From Lytechinus pictus (taxonomy: Eukaryota): a stretch of 64,000 bases of DNA. The notes below the pieces were generated by a model, which saw only the letters and a program-made list of their open reading frames with translations, had not been told where the DNA came from and searched no databases. The position numbers and the translations under genes are program-made. The DNA lies in NCBI RefSeq assembly GCF_037042905.1, contig NC_087252.1:12464001-12528000 (forward strand). The letters run 5' to 3'. Below, piece after piece: positions 1 through 13,125 of this stretch; within the stretch, counting starts at the first letter, position 1, and every line of letters starts with the position of its first letter.

Positions 1-100
1 TTAAAAGCTACTGTAATCATTGAATCCGATTGGCTGATAATAACTTTGTTGTAGAAATCGTGCATTTGTGATTATAACAAGCCCAAATGAGACGAGACCC
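1..100. mobile_element. Partial MITE (right part), same family as 51023-51180
   Basis: Shares 'aaagctactg.aatc.tt...ttcgattggc.gat...' with the complete copy at 51023-51180 and ends in a degenerate 'gagacgagaccc' terminus; the left end lies outside the window. Confidence 0.5.
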
Positions 101-809
101 AGAATTATGTTTTTTGTCCCATGCACATGTAATGTGACTGGACTGTGACATAGGACACAATGCTTGAGCCATACCAACAAAACCGACTCCAATCCGATCG
201 ACGATAAGCCGTTCGAAATTAATAGCTTGTCTATTTGTCTGAGGTTTGGAGACACGCTTGGTATGACTGGGGCGTAAGGTTAGATGCAGCCTTGAAGTAA
301 TTTGGGAAGACGGGCAATGTTAGAGGGGTCACGTGCAACATGAATCATGTTGAAACATTGTCGCACAGAGCAGACATAATGACAATGAATACTCAACTGA
401 GATGGATAGATACCATGTTCCGTATGATTATCTGTTTAAATGCCATACTCACAACACATGTAAGGGGAGGGAATACAAGTTGACTCAACAACGGCGAAAT
501 GAAATACTTTTTTCAAATAAAATGTATAGGGCCTAAGTAAACAACTGTCATTTTGGTTAAAATTGCAAATATTGCAAATATGTGGATTGTCCAGAGTCCA
601 AGACAACACTGCTATTTTGATTCACCGATTTTTACAAGGTGTGCTTAGTTATGAAGGGCTTTTGAAAAAAAAAAATCTGCGATATAGAAAGCGTCTGCGC
701 TGTGATTACTAAAATGCCCTATTAATAGATCACTACTTTGCATGTCATGAATTGCCCTATAATATGTATGGACCGCTCAATTTTTTTGGCTCATGTAATA
801 CGCTGCTGA

Positions 810-970
810 TCGACATCGTCACTTCAAGCATCTTCATCATCACCATCATAATAATCATCGACATCTTCATCATCACCATCGTCAATAATATCGTCTCATT
901 ACCATCACCATTATCATCGTCATCATCTTCCTATTTCTCTTCTTTTTCATCAATCACATTTATCATAAAT
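810..970. repeat. Degenerate (CAT)n microsatellite
   Basis: Runs of catcatcaccatcat; explains the Ile/Ser-rich ORF 752-994. Confidence 0.85.
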
Positions 971-1307
971 CATCAGCCGTTTACTATTTCTTGAATAATT
1001 GTTTGGATTAACGAGTCGTCCACTTTTGTATTTTTTTTCATCTAACACAACGCTGCAACTATTATTCCTGATGTAATTGCTGTCATGAAATCGTTCGCAA
1101 TTTCTCCCCTGAAGGAAAACAATTTTTTAATCATTTTCAAATTTTTTTTTTTTTTCGGGAGACTGGGATAATGTTAGGATATCCTCCATATCATCCTGTT
1201 GGATTTATCTGTAAGATTAAAGGGATTAGAATAGAAAATGTGAAAGCATTTTTTAATATGATGAGTTTTATTATGTTACTTCATACATGATTCGAAGATT
1301 AGTTTCC

Positions 1308-1450
1308 GTGTGTGTGTGTGTGGGTGTGATGGAGTGTGTGTGCGTGGGTGGGTGCGTGTGGGAGTGTGCGAAGGTGTGGGTGTGTATGTGAATGAGGGTG
1401 CATTCGGGGTGCATCTGTTAATATGTGCGTGTGTTTGTATGTGGTTGTGA
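1308..1450. repeat. Degenerate (GT)n microsatellite
   Basis: gtgtgtgtgtgtgtgggtgtg... tract. Confidence 0.85.
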
Positions 1451-2399
1451 GAGCGGGAATTTATTCGATATCATCCATATTATAACTCTGTGGATGATTC
1501 AAATGTTTGTAAAAGAAACATGAATTCATTAAATGTTAGCTTATATTCATACGATAGTCTTAACGTGCGTGTTTTTTGAGTGCGTGTGTTTGTGTGTGTT
1601 TGGGGGGCTTATGGTATGCGCGAACACAAGTCTAATAATCTGCTGCGATTGGAATCAGAATTACTCTTTTTGTTACGTCAAAGTCATACAGGAAACGCCC
1701 ATCGCTAAAACGATTAGCGTGAATCACATTCCCAGGGTAACGCAAGGACCTGGCAAATACATAATCAATATTGAATGATGAACATCTAGTCTTGGATATC
1801 ACCTTATATCAGCATGGAGACAATACCATAGGTAAACACAGTGGAAAGACCCACCGATTCACAGGGTGTGAATGTGTCTTTGCAATAATGATCATTGCAT
1901 TAATTTATCTCGTTTTCTTGAGTCTTAAATACTATAATTTCGATAAAATATTAAAATATTCCTTGCATAATTATTTGAAATTAAAACACCTAACTCCCCC
2001 CCCGAAAAAAATGCTTTCCTTTATCATTTCTAAAAAAAAAATACCTTCTGTATGAAAAATTTCAAGTAAATTTAGTAATATCGGAAATAAGACCAAAACA
2101 GCGTTTGAACAGCAACAATCATAAAAGAATTTCAAATTAATTTCCTCACAAGAAAATACTCACATTGCTGCATAGTTTTTTTTTCTAACCCTAATTGGAA
2201 TGGGCCTACGGTATTATCAATAAGGTCACAGCAGCGGTCGGTAGACACTTCATTTTGCATCTTTAATATCGCCTCATAGATTTCAAGGTAAACTGCGAGT
2301 ACGGTCTAGACACCTCATTACAGGCTACATCACGTTGATCATGAGCGGGTATTTGCACCGAGATGCAGAACGAAATTAACAACACAGCAAATGTATATA

Positions 2400-2580
2400 A
2401 ACAGCTGGGAGGTCATTGTCGAAAATTGGTAAGCCGGAACAGCAGTTCGTCCTAAGTTTCCGAGATGACGAAAAATTGCAAATAATATGTCGTTTGTCCA
2501 GACTCCAGGATAAAACTGTGGTTTTGATTCACCAATTGTCGACAAAGAATTCTTGGTTGCCTATAATCATGAAAGGCATT
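2400..2580. repeat. Unclassified dispersed repeat; diverged copies at ~540-665 and ~20960-21100
   Basis: Shared motif 'atatgt...ttgtccaga(g/c)tcca(a/g)ga.aa.actg' in all three places; 'ttatgaagggcttt' is shared by the 540 and 20960 copies. Confidence 0.6.
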
Positions 2581-2651
2581 TGCCGATACATTTTCAATGT
2601 TCTTGAAAGCATTCTGGGTCGTGGGGCCAAAACTTCCTATTAGAAGTTACC

Positions 2652-2724
2652 TCGGTTTCGAGTCCAGTCAGTCCGAGTCCGGCAAAACGGACTCGAGTCC
2701 GGTCTCGAGTCACACATCGCCACT
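2652..2724. mobile_element. Terminal fragment of a probable hAT-like MITE with CGAGTC subterminal repeats
   Basis: Clustered 'cgagtc(c)' and palindromic 'ggactcgagtcc' motifs ending in 'cacta'; the matching other end was not found. Confidence 0.35.
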
Positions 2725-3112
2725 AACAAAGTGCTTACATACAACCATATGAGAACAATTTTACAATGTGGACACTGGCCAATGTGAGCGTTCACAGTGT
2801 GTATACAGAGTGGACTATGTGAAATACGATTCGCACTTTTAAAATGCTCAAATTCAGCAGTGTGGTGATGAGTTCACATTGTATTCCATAATTTCAAGTA
2901 AAAAGCAAAATTATGAAAAACAGGCATTTTGAAGAATATAGGGACGGGGATATACTGCTGGCGATGTGAAATCAAGGGTCGCAGAAAGTCTTTTTTTATA
3001 TAGACGGGGAATCTTTTAAAACTACTTTTCTCCTTTCTCCCCCTTTTCCTTTCTTTTCATATTCTTTCTTCTTCCCACAACATGAGAAACCACGAGGGGC
3101 GGTCTTTCCGAG

Positions 3113-3372
3113 AGGAAAGTTGATATTGCTCAGTGGATAAACTCCGGACTTTGAACCACAAGGTCCGGGGTTCAAATCCTACCGCAGCACTCGCGCCCTT
3201 TGGCAAGGCGTGTATCTACATTTGCCACTCTCCACCCAGGTGTACCCGGTAGGAAGGAGTTCCTTGAAGCTCGAGCGTCCGATCAGGGTAGCCGTGCTAT
3301 TAAAGCCGGGGTAATATTATGCAGCGCTTAGAAACATTTTGTATTAAGCGCTAAATGCTGCATATTATTTAT
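3113..3372 (+). mobile_element. tRNA-derived SINE with Deu/Nin-like central domain and L2-type tail
   Basis: A-box-like 'ttgctcagtgg', B-box 'ggttcaaatcc', central 'ccctttggcaaggc...ctctccacccaggtgta', tail 'cagcgcttagaaac...taagcgctaaatgctgcatattatt'. A short ATGCTGCAT tandem expansion follows to ~3450. Confidence 0.85.
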
Positions 3373-3656
3373 TCATATGCTGCATATGCTGCATTATTTC
3401 ATATGCTGCATTAATTCATATGTTGCATATTTACTAATAAATGCTGCATACTATTAATACCCCCCCCCCCCGCCTTGTGTGGTTACCCCTGATTAAGAGG
3501 GTTACAATTTTGAGAAGATGGTTTGACCGTCTGAACCAATACTTGATGAATTTCATTAGGTCCACGCCTGCAATCCATCATGCCTATTCGCATGGGCTTT
3601 GAGCTTTAATCATGCATAAGATTCGAAGCAGCAATAAAATACTGGCTGGCTCTTAC

Positions 3657-3867
3657 CCTCTATGACCATACATGTACGATGGAAATGTTTTCCTCATTAT
3701 ACCCCGGTTTGCTTTAATCACTGCGTGTTTCCACATGCAAATGTATTGTTGTGACTACCGCGCATACAGAAGGTTTTGTGAGTGATCCTTTCACCATTAA
3801 GTTCTTCGATGATGATAAATTATTTTGTTGTTTTCTGGCTTCTGTCATTGTATCTTGTAGGGAGGGC
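3657..3867 (-). other. Candidate 211-bp internal exon
   Basis: Minus strand: 'cttgttatgactttcctag|GCCC' acceptor and 'GAGG|gtaaga' donor, in non-repetitive sequence; overlaps ORF 3714-3896. Splice-signal evidence only. Confidence 0.3.
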
Positions 3868-4739
3868 CTAGGAAAGTCATAACAAGTCAATGACATCCAT
3901 TGTTTGTTTTAAAATCCCATGTTCATTACCCGTATATCAGATACACTTGAGCTCCACCCAAAAGGCATTATTATGTATATAACGACCTCTTCAAATGACA
4001 TTTCGATGTTCTAGAGATGACACTAACATTAACAGATGCCACCAAAATAGGATTCACGAAAACACAAACAAACAGGGCGGTAGAACAGGGGCAGGGGGGC
4101 GACCCCCATGATTTTTTAAAAGGGGCAGGACAAACGTGGAGAAAAAATGAAAAGGGAAGATAGATTAAAGACCGGTATTAAAAAGAGAGATTGGTCGCAT
4201 AATAATGGTTGTTCCATATTATCCCTTTACTTAAATTGCGAAAAAGAGGTCGTTTTGCCCCATCCCCTCCCCTATATTTAGATACCCTATTCCCCCCCTG
4301 CACACAAATTACTTTTATTTTTATAAACTAAAGGTATGTTTCGCTCTCGCTAGCGTCAGAAGATTGACGAATTCTATAATTCATCGAGTCTTCAAAACAT
4401 GAAATCTTTTCAAAAGTTCCATGCATAAAATTTAAGTAAATATATTACGGCTGTACCTCTTGAGAAATTTTAAGTCTTAACGGATTGGGTTGAGACTAAA
4501 TCTAGTAGCATTCTAGAGGGAGGTGATCATAGCAGATTTTAGGAAACGAGGGATAATCAAATACCATGCAATTTATATTCATTTTTGCATAACCTCACAT
4601 ATAAATAATTCATAAAATATTATGCGAACCGGAAAAACAGACAAATTCGATATCAATAATCATGCGAATCCCCTGCATACTGTACATTCACTGAGAAACA
4701 TGTTTCCAATTTCCTTTTCTCGCAATAAAAATGAAAAAA

Positions 4740-5390
4740 AGGTGTGTCTACATGTTAGACTATGTGTAGAAGTGACTCACACTGTTAAGGTGCTCAAATC
4801 TAACAATGGAAATATTTTTCTCACGTTAGTGTTGACAGTTTGTTCACATAGTGGACTATGTGGCATTTTGATTCACACTGTTGAATGATTGAATTCAACA
4901 GTATACAAATGATTTTACACAGTGAGCAGTTCCACAGTGTAAGTGGATCATATTACGACAAAAAGTGTTCACACAGTGAACTATTTGGTAATTTCATTGA
5001 CAAAGAAAATGTTTGAATACACCATTGTGAAGACAATTTAAACTGTGGATAACTTTAAGGTTTGTAGGATCACAAATGAGATTCAGGTTCATTTGAGCAT
5101 TTCAGGAGTGTGAAGATGTATTCACATTGTGTTCCACACTGTGACCACACTATGAACACAGCGTGATCACACTATAAACACACTGATCACACTAAGTAAT
5201 CACACTTAAAACACACTGCGATCATGCTGTGTACATATTATGATCACATCATGAACACACTATGTTATCAAACTGTCAACACACAATGAACAAACTGTTA
5301 ACCAACTGTAATCACACTGTGAACACACTGCTGACACAATGTGAATATGCTATGTGACACTGTAGGCCTATTCTTTCCGACAGGGATGAC
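4740..5390. mobile_element. Decayed foldback-like element with 11-bp ACACACTATGA-type subrepeats
   Basis: The arm near 4760-4800 ('gtgctcaaat') is inverted relative to 5090-5140 ('atttgagcat'). Subrepeats run 5130-5365. The end 'ttctttccgacagggatgac' matches 'ttctttccagcagtgatgac' at ~10821-10840. A related fragment lies at ~2770-2880. Confidence 0.45.
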
Positions 5391-6108
5391 TATAATTTGA
5401 TTCAAATTATCATTCAAACTTCCTCCCTGTTATCATGTTTAGATGTGAACATACTTGTGTTATTTCATATAAACAATGCCATAAAATTTTGTTATGAGTG
5501 ATATGAACCAAATGATCTTATTTTTTATTGTATTAATTAATTGTATTCTTCTAGATTATATTGACCCACCAGCAACTCGCTAGGTGTTATGGTAAGGGTC
5601 CAGAAGCAGTTTGCTTCAAAGGTTTCCTCCACATATCCGTTTTATGAACTTCATTCATGTAGCTAATTAATTTGAGATTATTTTTTTTATTATGTTTCAT
5701 ATTTATGATATGTATGTAAACGCTGTACAGCATAATTATGTTCACTTATTACATTGTATCAAAGTCTTGAAGAGTTACGGATTTCCGGGAATAAAACCTT
5801 AACGAAATGAATAAAGATCATTCACCAACGGGGTAGAAATAAACACACAGCTATGAAAATAAACAAATTAAATAAAAGCAGATATCAATACAATTTTCAA
5901 AAATCAGCAGAACGGAATAAAAAAGTGTAAGTTCAATGAAGATTCTACAAAATACTTTACAGATGAGAACTCTGACCCTAAAAAGGCGTTCGGGGTTAAA
6001 GAATAGAGAAGGGAGAGTATATAGTTTATGCGTGGGCCACTGGAATATGAGTTGAATATCATTATTTGTAACGAAGCATATTTCACAAACTTTTCAAAAT
6101 CTAATATT

Positions 6109-6265
6109 TATATATATATATATATATATATATTGTAAACTCCTGAAGAAGCATTTGAGTGAACAATAAAAACTTTATCGGCAATCAAAGTATTATCGTC
6201 AGCATTATTTTGTTATATATATATATATATGTATTATATATATATATATATGTATGTATGTATAA
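6109..6265. repeat. Two (TA)n microsatellites flanking an ~80-bp spacer
   Basis: TA runs at 6109-6132 and ~6214-6263. Confidence 0.85.
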
Positions 6266-6733
6266 AGTGGCTATATATCAAAATGGATTGTCATGGTTGA
6301 ATGCAACCTATTTTAATATCATAAAATGATCAAGAATTGTTTAGATTCTAAACAAATTCCATTAGATTAAAGAAAATTAATATCTAAAAGCCTTTTATTA
6401 CTTGACAACTTCGACATTCCTATTTCCATTTCAACACATTTATTTCAAAGTCGTTTGTGCTACAGCATTGAAAAATGAGCAAGCAAACCTTTCATTTTGG
6501 TAAACCAAGTTGTAAAACGTTTAAACAAGTCGTTTAATTCTATTTTGATGACTGAGATCGCTTCTCATTTGAGTGAGTTTCCTGACTTGTTTGAGCTTCA
6601 TCAAGGTCTAATCAACCTGAATAATTGAGTGAAAGCCATTAATTTAATTTCTCTGAAGCCTCGTACATGATGAGAATAAAAGAAATGTGAAACACGCGAA
6701 CCACCCCAGGCATAAGCTTGTTAAGAGAGAACA

Positions 6734-6960
6734 GGGCCCCGTCTTACAAAAACTTATAATTGATCCGATAAAGCTCAATTCTATGGAAATCTATCATTGT
6801 CATAATATTTTCGCCAAAATAATTGAACAACGTCCTTTGTCAAAAAAAGCAAAATGTACATCATAGTAGAAATTATTTTAAACAAAATGCTTGACATATG
6901 TTGACGTTGCTGGCTTTCCATAGTTGTGGTTAAAACTCTTTGTAAGACAAGACGGGGCCG
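6734..6960. mobile_element. MITE with GGCCCCGTCTT(ACAAA) terminal inverted repeats (PIF/Harbinger-like termini)
   Basis: Left 'gggccccgtcttacaaa'; right 'tttgtaagacaagacggggcc' (with a small aagac duplication). Confidence 0.7.
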
Positions 6961-7627
6961 TGGAAATGTAATATACATCTGTGACCCGTTTACTTAACAA
7001 CCACGCCTATTTGAGAAGGATATGTGGCATTTTTACACAATGACTTGCCATTTTGGCATGTACAGCTGTATATTCAGCCCGAATTTAAAGGAAATCGTTT
7101 CTGCTTCAGGTAATATTATCAAAGAAATTTTAAATCTTCGGGTCGAGAGAAAAGAGAAACACATGGAACCTCGACAGTGCTTGTTGTTAGATTTTATGAC
7201 GTACTTTACTTCTGAGAAAGGGTAAAATGAAATATTAGAATGTTTGAGATTATTACTTGTATCATCACATCGCTTAGAAAACTTCAAATTATTCATATCA
7301 TTATTATTATTTCATGTGTTATTTTTATCGTTAATATCAGTTTAGTTCATCTTCTTCGTTTCCCCATTATATATAATCATTGTTATCATCATCATTAGAA
7401 AGTAGATGATCCATAGTACCCTATTTCTGAGAGAGTGTAAAAATATTTTTTTTTCAATATTTGAGATGATTACTTGTATCATCATAACATCGCTTAGAAA
7501 AATATTTTTTTTTACTATCATTATTATTGTAATGTTATTATTATCGTTATTATTTTTGTTATTTTTCCTGATTATTATATAATCATTGTTATTATAATCA
7601 TCATCATCGATGATGATGACGATTATC

Positions 7628-7896
7628 GGGAGACGTCGTGGTCTAGTGGTTACGACTCTCGTCTTTCAATCAGAAGGACGTGGGTTCAAATCCCAGCCAC
7701 GGCGTATTTTATTTCAGCAAGAAATTTACCCACATTGTGCTGCCTGCAATCGACCCAGGTAAGTAGAATGAGCACCCGGTAGGATTGATTCCTTGAATGC
7801 ACCAAGCGCCAAGGGCAGCTGGAGCTACAGCCGGGGTAATATATAGTGCGCCATTGAATAGGCAACCAGGTAAATCGGCGCCTCATAAATGCTATA
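7628..7896 (+). mobile_element. tRNA-derived SINE (Glu-like head), Deu/Nin-like core, L2-type tail
   Basis: A-box 'tggtctagtgg', 'ctttcaa' at the anticodon-loop position, B-box 'ggttcaaatcc', core 'tcgacccaggt...acccggtagga', tail 'ggcgcctcataaatgcta'. The (TAT)n tail resumes after the MITE at 8405. Confidence 0.85.
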
Positions 7897-8404
7897 CAGT
7901 GCGTCCCAGAAAAAAGGAAAGCGGGATTCCCATGCCTTTTTAATTCAAAGTCATATTAATTATGATATTTCATTTACATAATCTTATAATTTAATTACTT
8001 ATCTTCATTTTTTAAACCTAATATGAGAGGAACATTCCTGCATTAATGAGCAGGACGAGTTTCAAATTTTAATGTCAAAACCAGGTTGCGCATTAAAATT
8101 GGACAAGATTGGTTCGTGATACGACGACCGTGCATACTCGACGATTGCCTCAGCATTTCTTTTCTATTCTTTGTTAAGTTTCTGTCACTAATCCCTGAAA
8201 TGAGAGTGGATTCAGATTCACACGTAAGTTTCTGCGAAAATCGTTTCTGATATGTCTCAATATTTATTGTTTGTAATCTGCCATGCGTGAACGATTTGCT
8301 AAGCCGTTGGTTTCAAAAGAGAGATGAGATTCCACTCTTGCCATGAGTATCAAATTTATAGTAAGAACATAAATAGGTTTTCTTGTTTTTGGTGGGACGC
8401 ACTG
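7897..8404. mobile_element. Tc1/mariner-type MITE, 508 bp
   Basis: TIR CAGTGCGTCCCA / TGGGACGCACTG flanked by TA on both sides (7895-7896, 8405-8406). Confidence 0.9.
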
Positions 8405-9949
8405 TATATTATTATTATCATCATCAGTATAAAGTAGATGATAATTTTTATCATTGTTGGTATCGTCAGTATGATTCTCATTATTATCATCGAAGTCAGT
8501 ACTATTACCAAATGTATTATCATCATTTCCAGCTGGGGGTAATTACAATTCTCCTTGCCCTAGTTGTGGAAGCAAGAAGAAAAAATGGGAGTTGGCACTG
8601 CACGCAATGACGCTTATCATAGGAGAGAAATGAGTAGATTGTGTTTCAATTCATAACCACCGCGCTATGTAATACAAGAAGCTAACGGATATCATAAATA
8701 TATCTTATTACATTTGCCTCTACCATGTCCACATCCATCTCTCTATCCCCCCCCCTCTCTCTCTCTCTCTTTCTCTCTCCCAACTCTCTGTCTTTCTCTT
8801 CTTTCTCCTGACAAGTGGGCATCATTATCAGTGTAAAAAAATCGAATTGGGATGTCAGTATAGGAGCCCTATTTTAGGAATCAGTGTCATCACGAAAACA
8901 AAAATATGTTTACAAAATTCAAACCCACCTTACCAGAGAATAATCACTTACATATGAAAAGAATCATTTAAGTCTTAAAACTATGCAATTATTCATAAAG
9001 ATAGGCTCATAATAGCCCCACATTCTTTATCATAACACTGGGACCCTTATCTAACCATTTAATTCGTCTTGTACTTTGTCAAAAGGTTATTCATTACGGA
9101 GAATACCTGTTAAAATAAACGATGAACGTGATTTTGATAAATAATTAATATTTTCTTCACCATGAATTGTATACGGAAGCATAAATGCTACTGAGAGATA
9201 AAAGTACTTATGAATTCATATTCCTTTCCATATTTTAGTCATCTGTTCATTGTGAAGAATGATTACAGAGAGACAGAAGCCTGGAAGAAGGGAAAGAGAA
9301 TGAAGAGGAGACTGCTTACTCGCCGCATAAGAAGATCGTACTCCTGCCTACCTACCATAACCATGACAACAGCATGTTTATACCCTATTAAATTCAAACT
9401 CCTATATTTAATCCAATAAAGGTACATCTATTCCGTTTGAAATTAAATCAATGGCGTTTCTTCAGTAAAGATCCTTGAACAAGGTACGCCGTATAATGCG
9501 CGTAGTGCGCGCGTAATGTAATAATGGAAATGATGTCTGCCTTGATCTACTCAAACGGCATGAAATCTCACTTGAGAGCACACATCTTGAGGATCACTCA
9601 GACTTCAAATGCAGACGTACGAATTAATTTCTGACTTCAGCTAAATCTCTCTCCGATTTACTAATGATGGTGCCAAGCAGGTAGGTCGGTGCAGACATTT
9701 TGTAATAGGTCCATGGTGCAGATAAGGTTTATGAATGAAATTTTAATACCTTCTTTTTATTTCTCATATATTTCTAAAATTGGCAATAAGTAGGACAATT
9801 CGATATTCTTTGTTTTTACATTCCCAGAGCAAAATGCAGAAGTAAACGAAAGACAAAATCAAACAAACAGGGTTGCAAGCAGAGAATAACAAAGGACAAC
9901 ATTCATTTTTAAAACAAAATCATTCGAATATAAATATTTCACTTTTGGA

Positions 9950-10840
9950 TACACTGTGAACTCAATATGAACACACTATTAGCCACACTACGAACATACT
10001 TGTTACCATGAACACACTGCGAACACAATATGAACACACTGTGAACACACTATGAACACATTGCGAACTATGATCCCACTATGAACACATTACGAACTAT
10101 GATCCCACTATGAACCACACTATGATTAAGATATGAATACACTATAAACCACACTATGAACACACTAGTTACACGATATAAACACACTATGATTAGACTG
10201 CAAACACACTATGCACACACTGTGAAAACACTGTGAACAAATTACAATCTATGATCACACTATGATTAAAATATGAATACACTATAAACCACACTACGAA
10301 CACACTAGTTACACAATATAAACACACTGCAAACACACTATGCACACACTGTGAAAACACTGTGAACGAATTACGAACTACACTGTAAAAAATGAAGTGC
10401 TAATTTAGCACTTAAAGTGCTTGTATAGTGACTGCACTTCGAGTGCTGATTTTCTAGTTTAAATTTGAACTAGAAAATCAGCACTGGTAGTGCAGTCACT
10501 ATACAAGCACTGCAAGTGCTAAATTAGCACTTCATTTTTTACAGTGTATGATCACACTATGATTAAAATATTAATACACTATAAACCACACTACGAACAC
10601 ACTAGTTACACAATATAAACACACTGCAAACACACTATGCACACACTGTGAAAACACTATGAACAAATTACGAACTATGATCACACTATGATTAAAATAT
10701 GAATACACTTATAAACCACACTACGAACCCACTAGTTACACACTATAAACACACTATGAACACACTGCAAACACACTATGCACACGCTGTGAACACTTAT
10801 GAACACTGTGTGGCAAAGCGTTCTTTCCAGCAGTGATGAC
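9950..10840. repeat. Minisatellite of 11-bp ACACACTATGA-type units with a ~130-bp higher-order repeat
   Basis: Repeated 'aacacactatga/aacacactgtga'; the block 'tgatcacactatgattaaaatatgaatacactataaaccacactacgaac...' recurs near 10252, 10549 and 10678. Confidence 0.85.
10381..10546. mobile_element. 166-bp almost fully palindromic MITE (CACTG termini, TA duplication; CMC/EnSpm-like)
   Basis: ta|CACTGTAAAAAATGAAGTGCTAATTTAGCACTT ... AAGTGCTAAATTAGCACTTCATTTTTTACAGTG|ta; the empty site 'cgaactatgatcacac' is present in the neighbouring minisatellite unit at ~10671. Confidence 0.9.
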
Positions 10841-10957
10841 TGTAAACAGTAAAAGCGCTGTTTTAAATGTTATACACTTTTAACAGGAGTCTAAAACTTT
10901 GTCTGGAAATAAATAAAATTGTTTTTTACTATGTATAATATCTATATGCACAGTTAA

Positions 10958-11351
10958 AGCTAAATGAACGTAGTTGCAGTAAAACACTGATTTCGTGAGA
11001 AAGTCAGTAAAACCAAGGTAAAATATTAATATATCATCGTGGATCTAGATCTGGTACAGTTACATAAACTAAACTTTGTTAAATCATAATATCTAGCTAA
11101 AAAACGATCACACTGAAGATCGCCTACACAGATAGGCACACGTGGGACAGTGTATTATTATTGCTGGAATAAAGACCCGACGGAAGTGACCGAATCCGCG
11201 CTTATTTTGCTTATTTCTCAGCAATTACACAATTTCTTCCAGAATCCTTTGGCACATATTTTTTATTCATACAAACAGACACTTTGGTGATCATTATATT
11301 AAATTCTGTAAAAAGTCATTTTGAGATCGTTCCCAAAACTGGAATTTACCT
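10958..11351. mobile_element. Probable Kolobok-type non-autonomous element
   Basis: ttaa|AGCTAAAT ... ATTTACCT|ttat: short imperfect TIR and one degenerate TTAA. Confidence 0.45.
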
Positions 11352-11560
11352 TTATGTCCGCTTAATTACAATATATATATGTACATGTAGAACTCAGTTC
11401 ATTCATTCAAAAAATAATGTCATTGTCGTCTGGTGTGGTCTGAATGCGCGTGTAACATACGGAAACATACAACTCGTCTGATAATGTAGTATTGAACACG
11501 CATGAAACGCAAGGAAACACACGACTAACACCTGGAATCCCTCGCCAGACGATAACTTAA

Positions 11561-12057
11561 AGGGGAAGTTCACCCTGAAGAAAACTTTGTTGTAAAAATA
11601 GCAGAAAAAATAGTAAAAAATATTGGTGAAGATTTGAGGAAAATCCGTTAAAGAGTAAGAAAGTTATTAGAGTTCGAAGTTTTGGATTTGTGACGTCATA
11701 GACGAGCAGCTGCCCCATGTGTTATGTTATATAAAATGCATGAATTTCTAATTTTGCATGGTTCCTGATGACTTATTTTTGTTTTCTATTCATGATCGGG
11801 TGTGAAATGATTTGTCTATTGATATACAAAAGGTATAGTGAAAACCATTTTCAATTTTCGGAGAAAATGACATTTCATTGATTTTTTACCATTCGCTATG
11901 TAGGAATGCTGCTCGCATATGACGTCACAAATCAAATAATTGAAATTCTAATAACTTTTTAATTATTTGATGAGTTTTTCTCAAACCTTCGGCAATATTT
12001 TTTATTATTTTTTCTGCTATTTTTACAATAAACTTTTTTTCAGGGTGAACTTCCCCT
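11561..12057. mobile_element. Kolobok-type MITE, 497 bp, long imperfect TIRs
   Basis: ttaa|AGGGGAAGTTCACCCTGAA ... TTCAGGGTGAACTTCCCCT|ttaa; inverted similarity extends ~150 bp to 'tttgtgacgtcata...gagcagc'. TTAA duplication with purine-purine termini fits Kolobok rather than piggyBac. Confidence 0.88.
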
Positions 12058-12590
12058 TTAAGAATATGTCAACAGAATGTTTCCGGTGCGTTGATTGAGA
12101 TCGATTTCAACGCCGATTGATGTGAAATGAAATCGGAGAAACAGGCGCCAGACGAGGCATAGGGTGCAGACAATGGTGGAAACAAGGGGGGGGGGGGTGC
12201 GATATAGCGGAGAAAGGGAGAACAGGAGAAAGGAGGGAGGAGTAGGATAAAGAATGAAAGGAAATGAGAAAGATGATATTTAAGAGATATCAAGTAACGG
12301 GAGGGAGACAAATAGTAAAGCATACAGGAAAGGCATAAACGATCGAGGTAATTAGAATCTACATGCAAATACAGAATAAGATGCAACTGTGTAGGGTGTA
12401 GTGTGGTGGTAGATTTTCCAAATATAAGACTTGGACTTTGAACTTTTTGCATTTTAAAGTGCTTTTATCCTTCAGGTTCGTAACCATGGTGAGGGGATGA
12501 GATATGGTAACGGCAAGACCTTGAAGTCTCTCAGAAATTAACTGAAAAAAAAAACACTAATTCTCAACAAAATTCTATAAAAAAAATCAT

Positions 12591-12890
12591 GGTGACCGCG
12601 CTTTTTCTTCAACTGCCCCTTCTCTCTGGAATAAGCTTCCATCTTATATTCATAATGACAAGTCTGTTAGTCAGTTCAAGGCCCTACTCAAAACCTACCT
12701 GTTTAATAGATGACTGACAGTTGTGGGTCGGTCGCAGGTCCACACCAGTTTCGAATTGAATATAGTATTAGCTGTTTTAGTGTTGTGTCATTATTTCTCC
12801 ACCAAGTATAAACCATAAACAGAACACAGTGCGCGTAGAAACACCCGTAGTAAGCGCATTGTAAATGTAGTGTATTATTATTATTATCAT
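12591..12890 (+). mobile_element. 5'-truncated L2/CR1-group LINE 3' end (ORF2 C-terminus, 3' UTR, (TAT)n tail)
   Basis: 12591-12713 translates GDRAFSSTAPSLWNKLPSYIHNDKSVSQFKALLKTYLFNR*, the typical R.FS..AP.LWN.LP...FK..LKT.LF end of L2/CR1 ORF2. The tail is 'gtgcgcgtagaaac...taagcgcattgtaaatg...tattattatt'. Confidence 0.9.
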
Positions 12891-13125
12891 GATCATTGTT
12901 ATTATTGTTATTGTTATTATCATTATCATTAGTAGTAGTAAATCCCGAATCATGATTTTTGTTGTTATATTAATATCATTGTCACCATTATCATCATAGT
13001 GTTATCATTACTTTTATGATTAATATTATCATCATCACTATTATAATTAGTATTACTATTGTTTTATTCACATCACTGTTATTACTATCACAATTATTGG
13101 CATTACAATTATTATTATAATTATC
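12875..13125. repeat. Degenerate (TAT/CAT)n low-complexity tract
   Basis: Continuation and expansion of the LINE tail. Confidence 0.75.

Noticed and set aside
6138..6212. Second hammerhead motif ('ctgaagaagcatttgagtgaac')
   Set aside because: No GAAA core and no convincing stem II.
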